Positions 62,589-64,000 of a stretch of DNA of 64,000 nt are shown here, piece by piece; position 1 is the stretch's first letter, and every line of letters starts with the position of its first letter. The notes under the pieces were generated by a model that did no database searches, was not told where the DNA came from, and worked only from the letters and a program-made list of their open reading frames with translations. Source of the stretch: Octopus sinensis (lineage: Eukaryota); the NCBI RefSeq assembly GCF_006345805.1, contig NC_043006.1:81406001-81470000 (forward strand), in the 5' to 3' direction. A program made the translations under genes and the position numbers.

Positions 62589-63098
62589 TCTATAATATAA
62601 ATTGGACATGGGCGATCATTTTATGCTTTCTTGTCTTGAGGTTCATAGCCAAATGGCTGGGTGGATTCTCACACATGTGGAGATGGGTGCATAGATTGGA
62701 ATGCAGTTTGTATTTTTTCCTAGCCCCCATACTTACCGAGAAAATCGATTAAAACTTTTTCTAGTGGAAATCTTTTCCATAAATCAACTATCGTAAAAAT
62801 TTTCTACTATGACCTCACATATTCTATGTGTGTGTGTACCTTAAAAGAAGTGATTAGACAGAGGTCCAATAGAATAGCTCTCAGAAACAAACTATGTACA
62901 AATTCTTTCTTCACAACTCCTGAAGCTGTTTTCTGACAGGGGGGGGGTCAGGAAATTTTCATACAGCTGGAGGCGCCAATCAAAACAGGGTACCCAAAAT
63001 GATAAGTTTGAAAAAAGCTGTTATAGATTATGCCTAACTGAAAACGATCACAGCCACATCATCCAAACAGACCGGGTGAAACCGGGCTTAGCTGCTAG
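62589..63098 (+). mobile_element. Non-autonomous Helitron-like element (510 bp)
   Basis: A|TCTATAATATAAA at 62589. 3' CCGG-GTGAAA-CCGG hairpin (63072-63085), then CTAG (63095-63098)|T. Confidence 0.65.
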
Positions 63099-64000
63099 TA
63101 CAATATACAGTTCGATCTTCTTTGAATGTATGTCTCCGCGTGTCTATTCGTCGCCACAATAAATGCGTGTTTATGTACATGTTACTGGGTGCTAGACTTA
63201 ATCTGTTAACGTTAATTAGAAATGGAAGAGAGAGAAAATTATCCCTAGAATATTACTCAAAATTAATGTTAATGTTAAAAATGAAAATTTTAATCACTAC
63301 ACAATTATTGCTTATGAAAAATAAATAAAAACGACTTATGTTTGAAGAATCCTTAAACATGTTACTTAACTACACAAAGTTTTAAAATCTTCTTAATGAA
63401 ATTTCGCAAGGCAGTTAATTTGATTTATCTTTTAAAATGAAAACTAAAATTTGAAAGTAAATTTATAACTGAATATTGAATGATGTGTAAGTGCATTACT
63501 GATTTAAGTAATTATTGGAATCAGTGAAACAGAGGTAATTATTACGTAAATATGATTACTTTTAAATGTTGTTTAGGAAATGATAAATGTACAGAAAATA
63601 TGAAGCGCAAAAATAATTGATTAAAACTCAATATAAATATACAAAAAAATATACATTAAGCTTTAAGGAATTCACTATACTCCAGAATTGTTCATGTACA
63701 CTTATATTAAGTAGGCTACAGTTAAATAAAACGCCAGGCAAAGCTAAATTCGGAAGTTACGTTACGTTTGGGAATTTTGTTTTCTTCGGGTTAAATAACC
63801 GAAAAGGGTTATTAAAGTGAGTATATTTATCATATATATCAGGTAACAAGGAAGGATTCCCGAAGTTAATTAAAGAAAGATGTTTATGCATCTATTTGTT
63901 ATCGAAAAACCTTTGATGGAACGTAATGGAATAGCTTGTTATCAAGGAATATTATGCAAATGTCTCATTTGGTGAATATGATAGACCCATTTAATTAAGA

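Overview
AT-rich eukaryotic DNA, saturated with microsatellites and mobile elements. It is most likely an octopus (cephalopod) intergenic or intronic region; this is inferred from the abundant tRNA-headed SINE families and the (AT)n/(GT)n/(GATA)n density. I find no intact host protein-coding gene, tRNA/rRNA gene or CRISPR array, and nearly all ORFs in the track are translated microsatellites. The recognisable content is decayed transposons: non-LTR clades CR1, RTE, HERO-like, R4/Dong-like, Tx1 and an L2/CR1-group 3' end; Penelope-like relics with minimal hammerhead motifs; mariner, maT-like and MITE DNA transposons; Helitrons; and more than 20 SINE copies. The most striking structure is at 50.1-54.4 kb. 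There one SINE copy is split in its tRNA-derived head by two different Tx1-type retroelements inserted in tandem at the same site, each bounded by a copy of the same ~13-bp target. The second element carries only ORF1 (HAL1-like). Also notable: a 7.1-kb split Helitron, fold-back elements carrying hammerhead motifs, a SINE with an ~86-bp flanking duplication, SINE tandem arrays with a recurrent junction, and a MITE carrying TTAGGG repeats. Translations and alignments were done by eye; no database searches were run.
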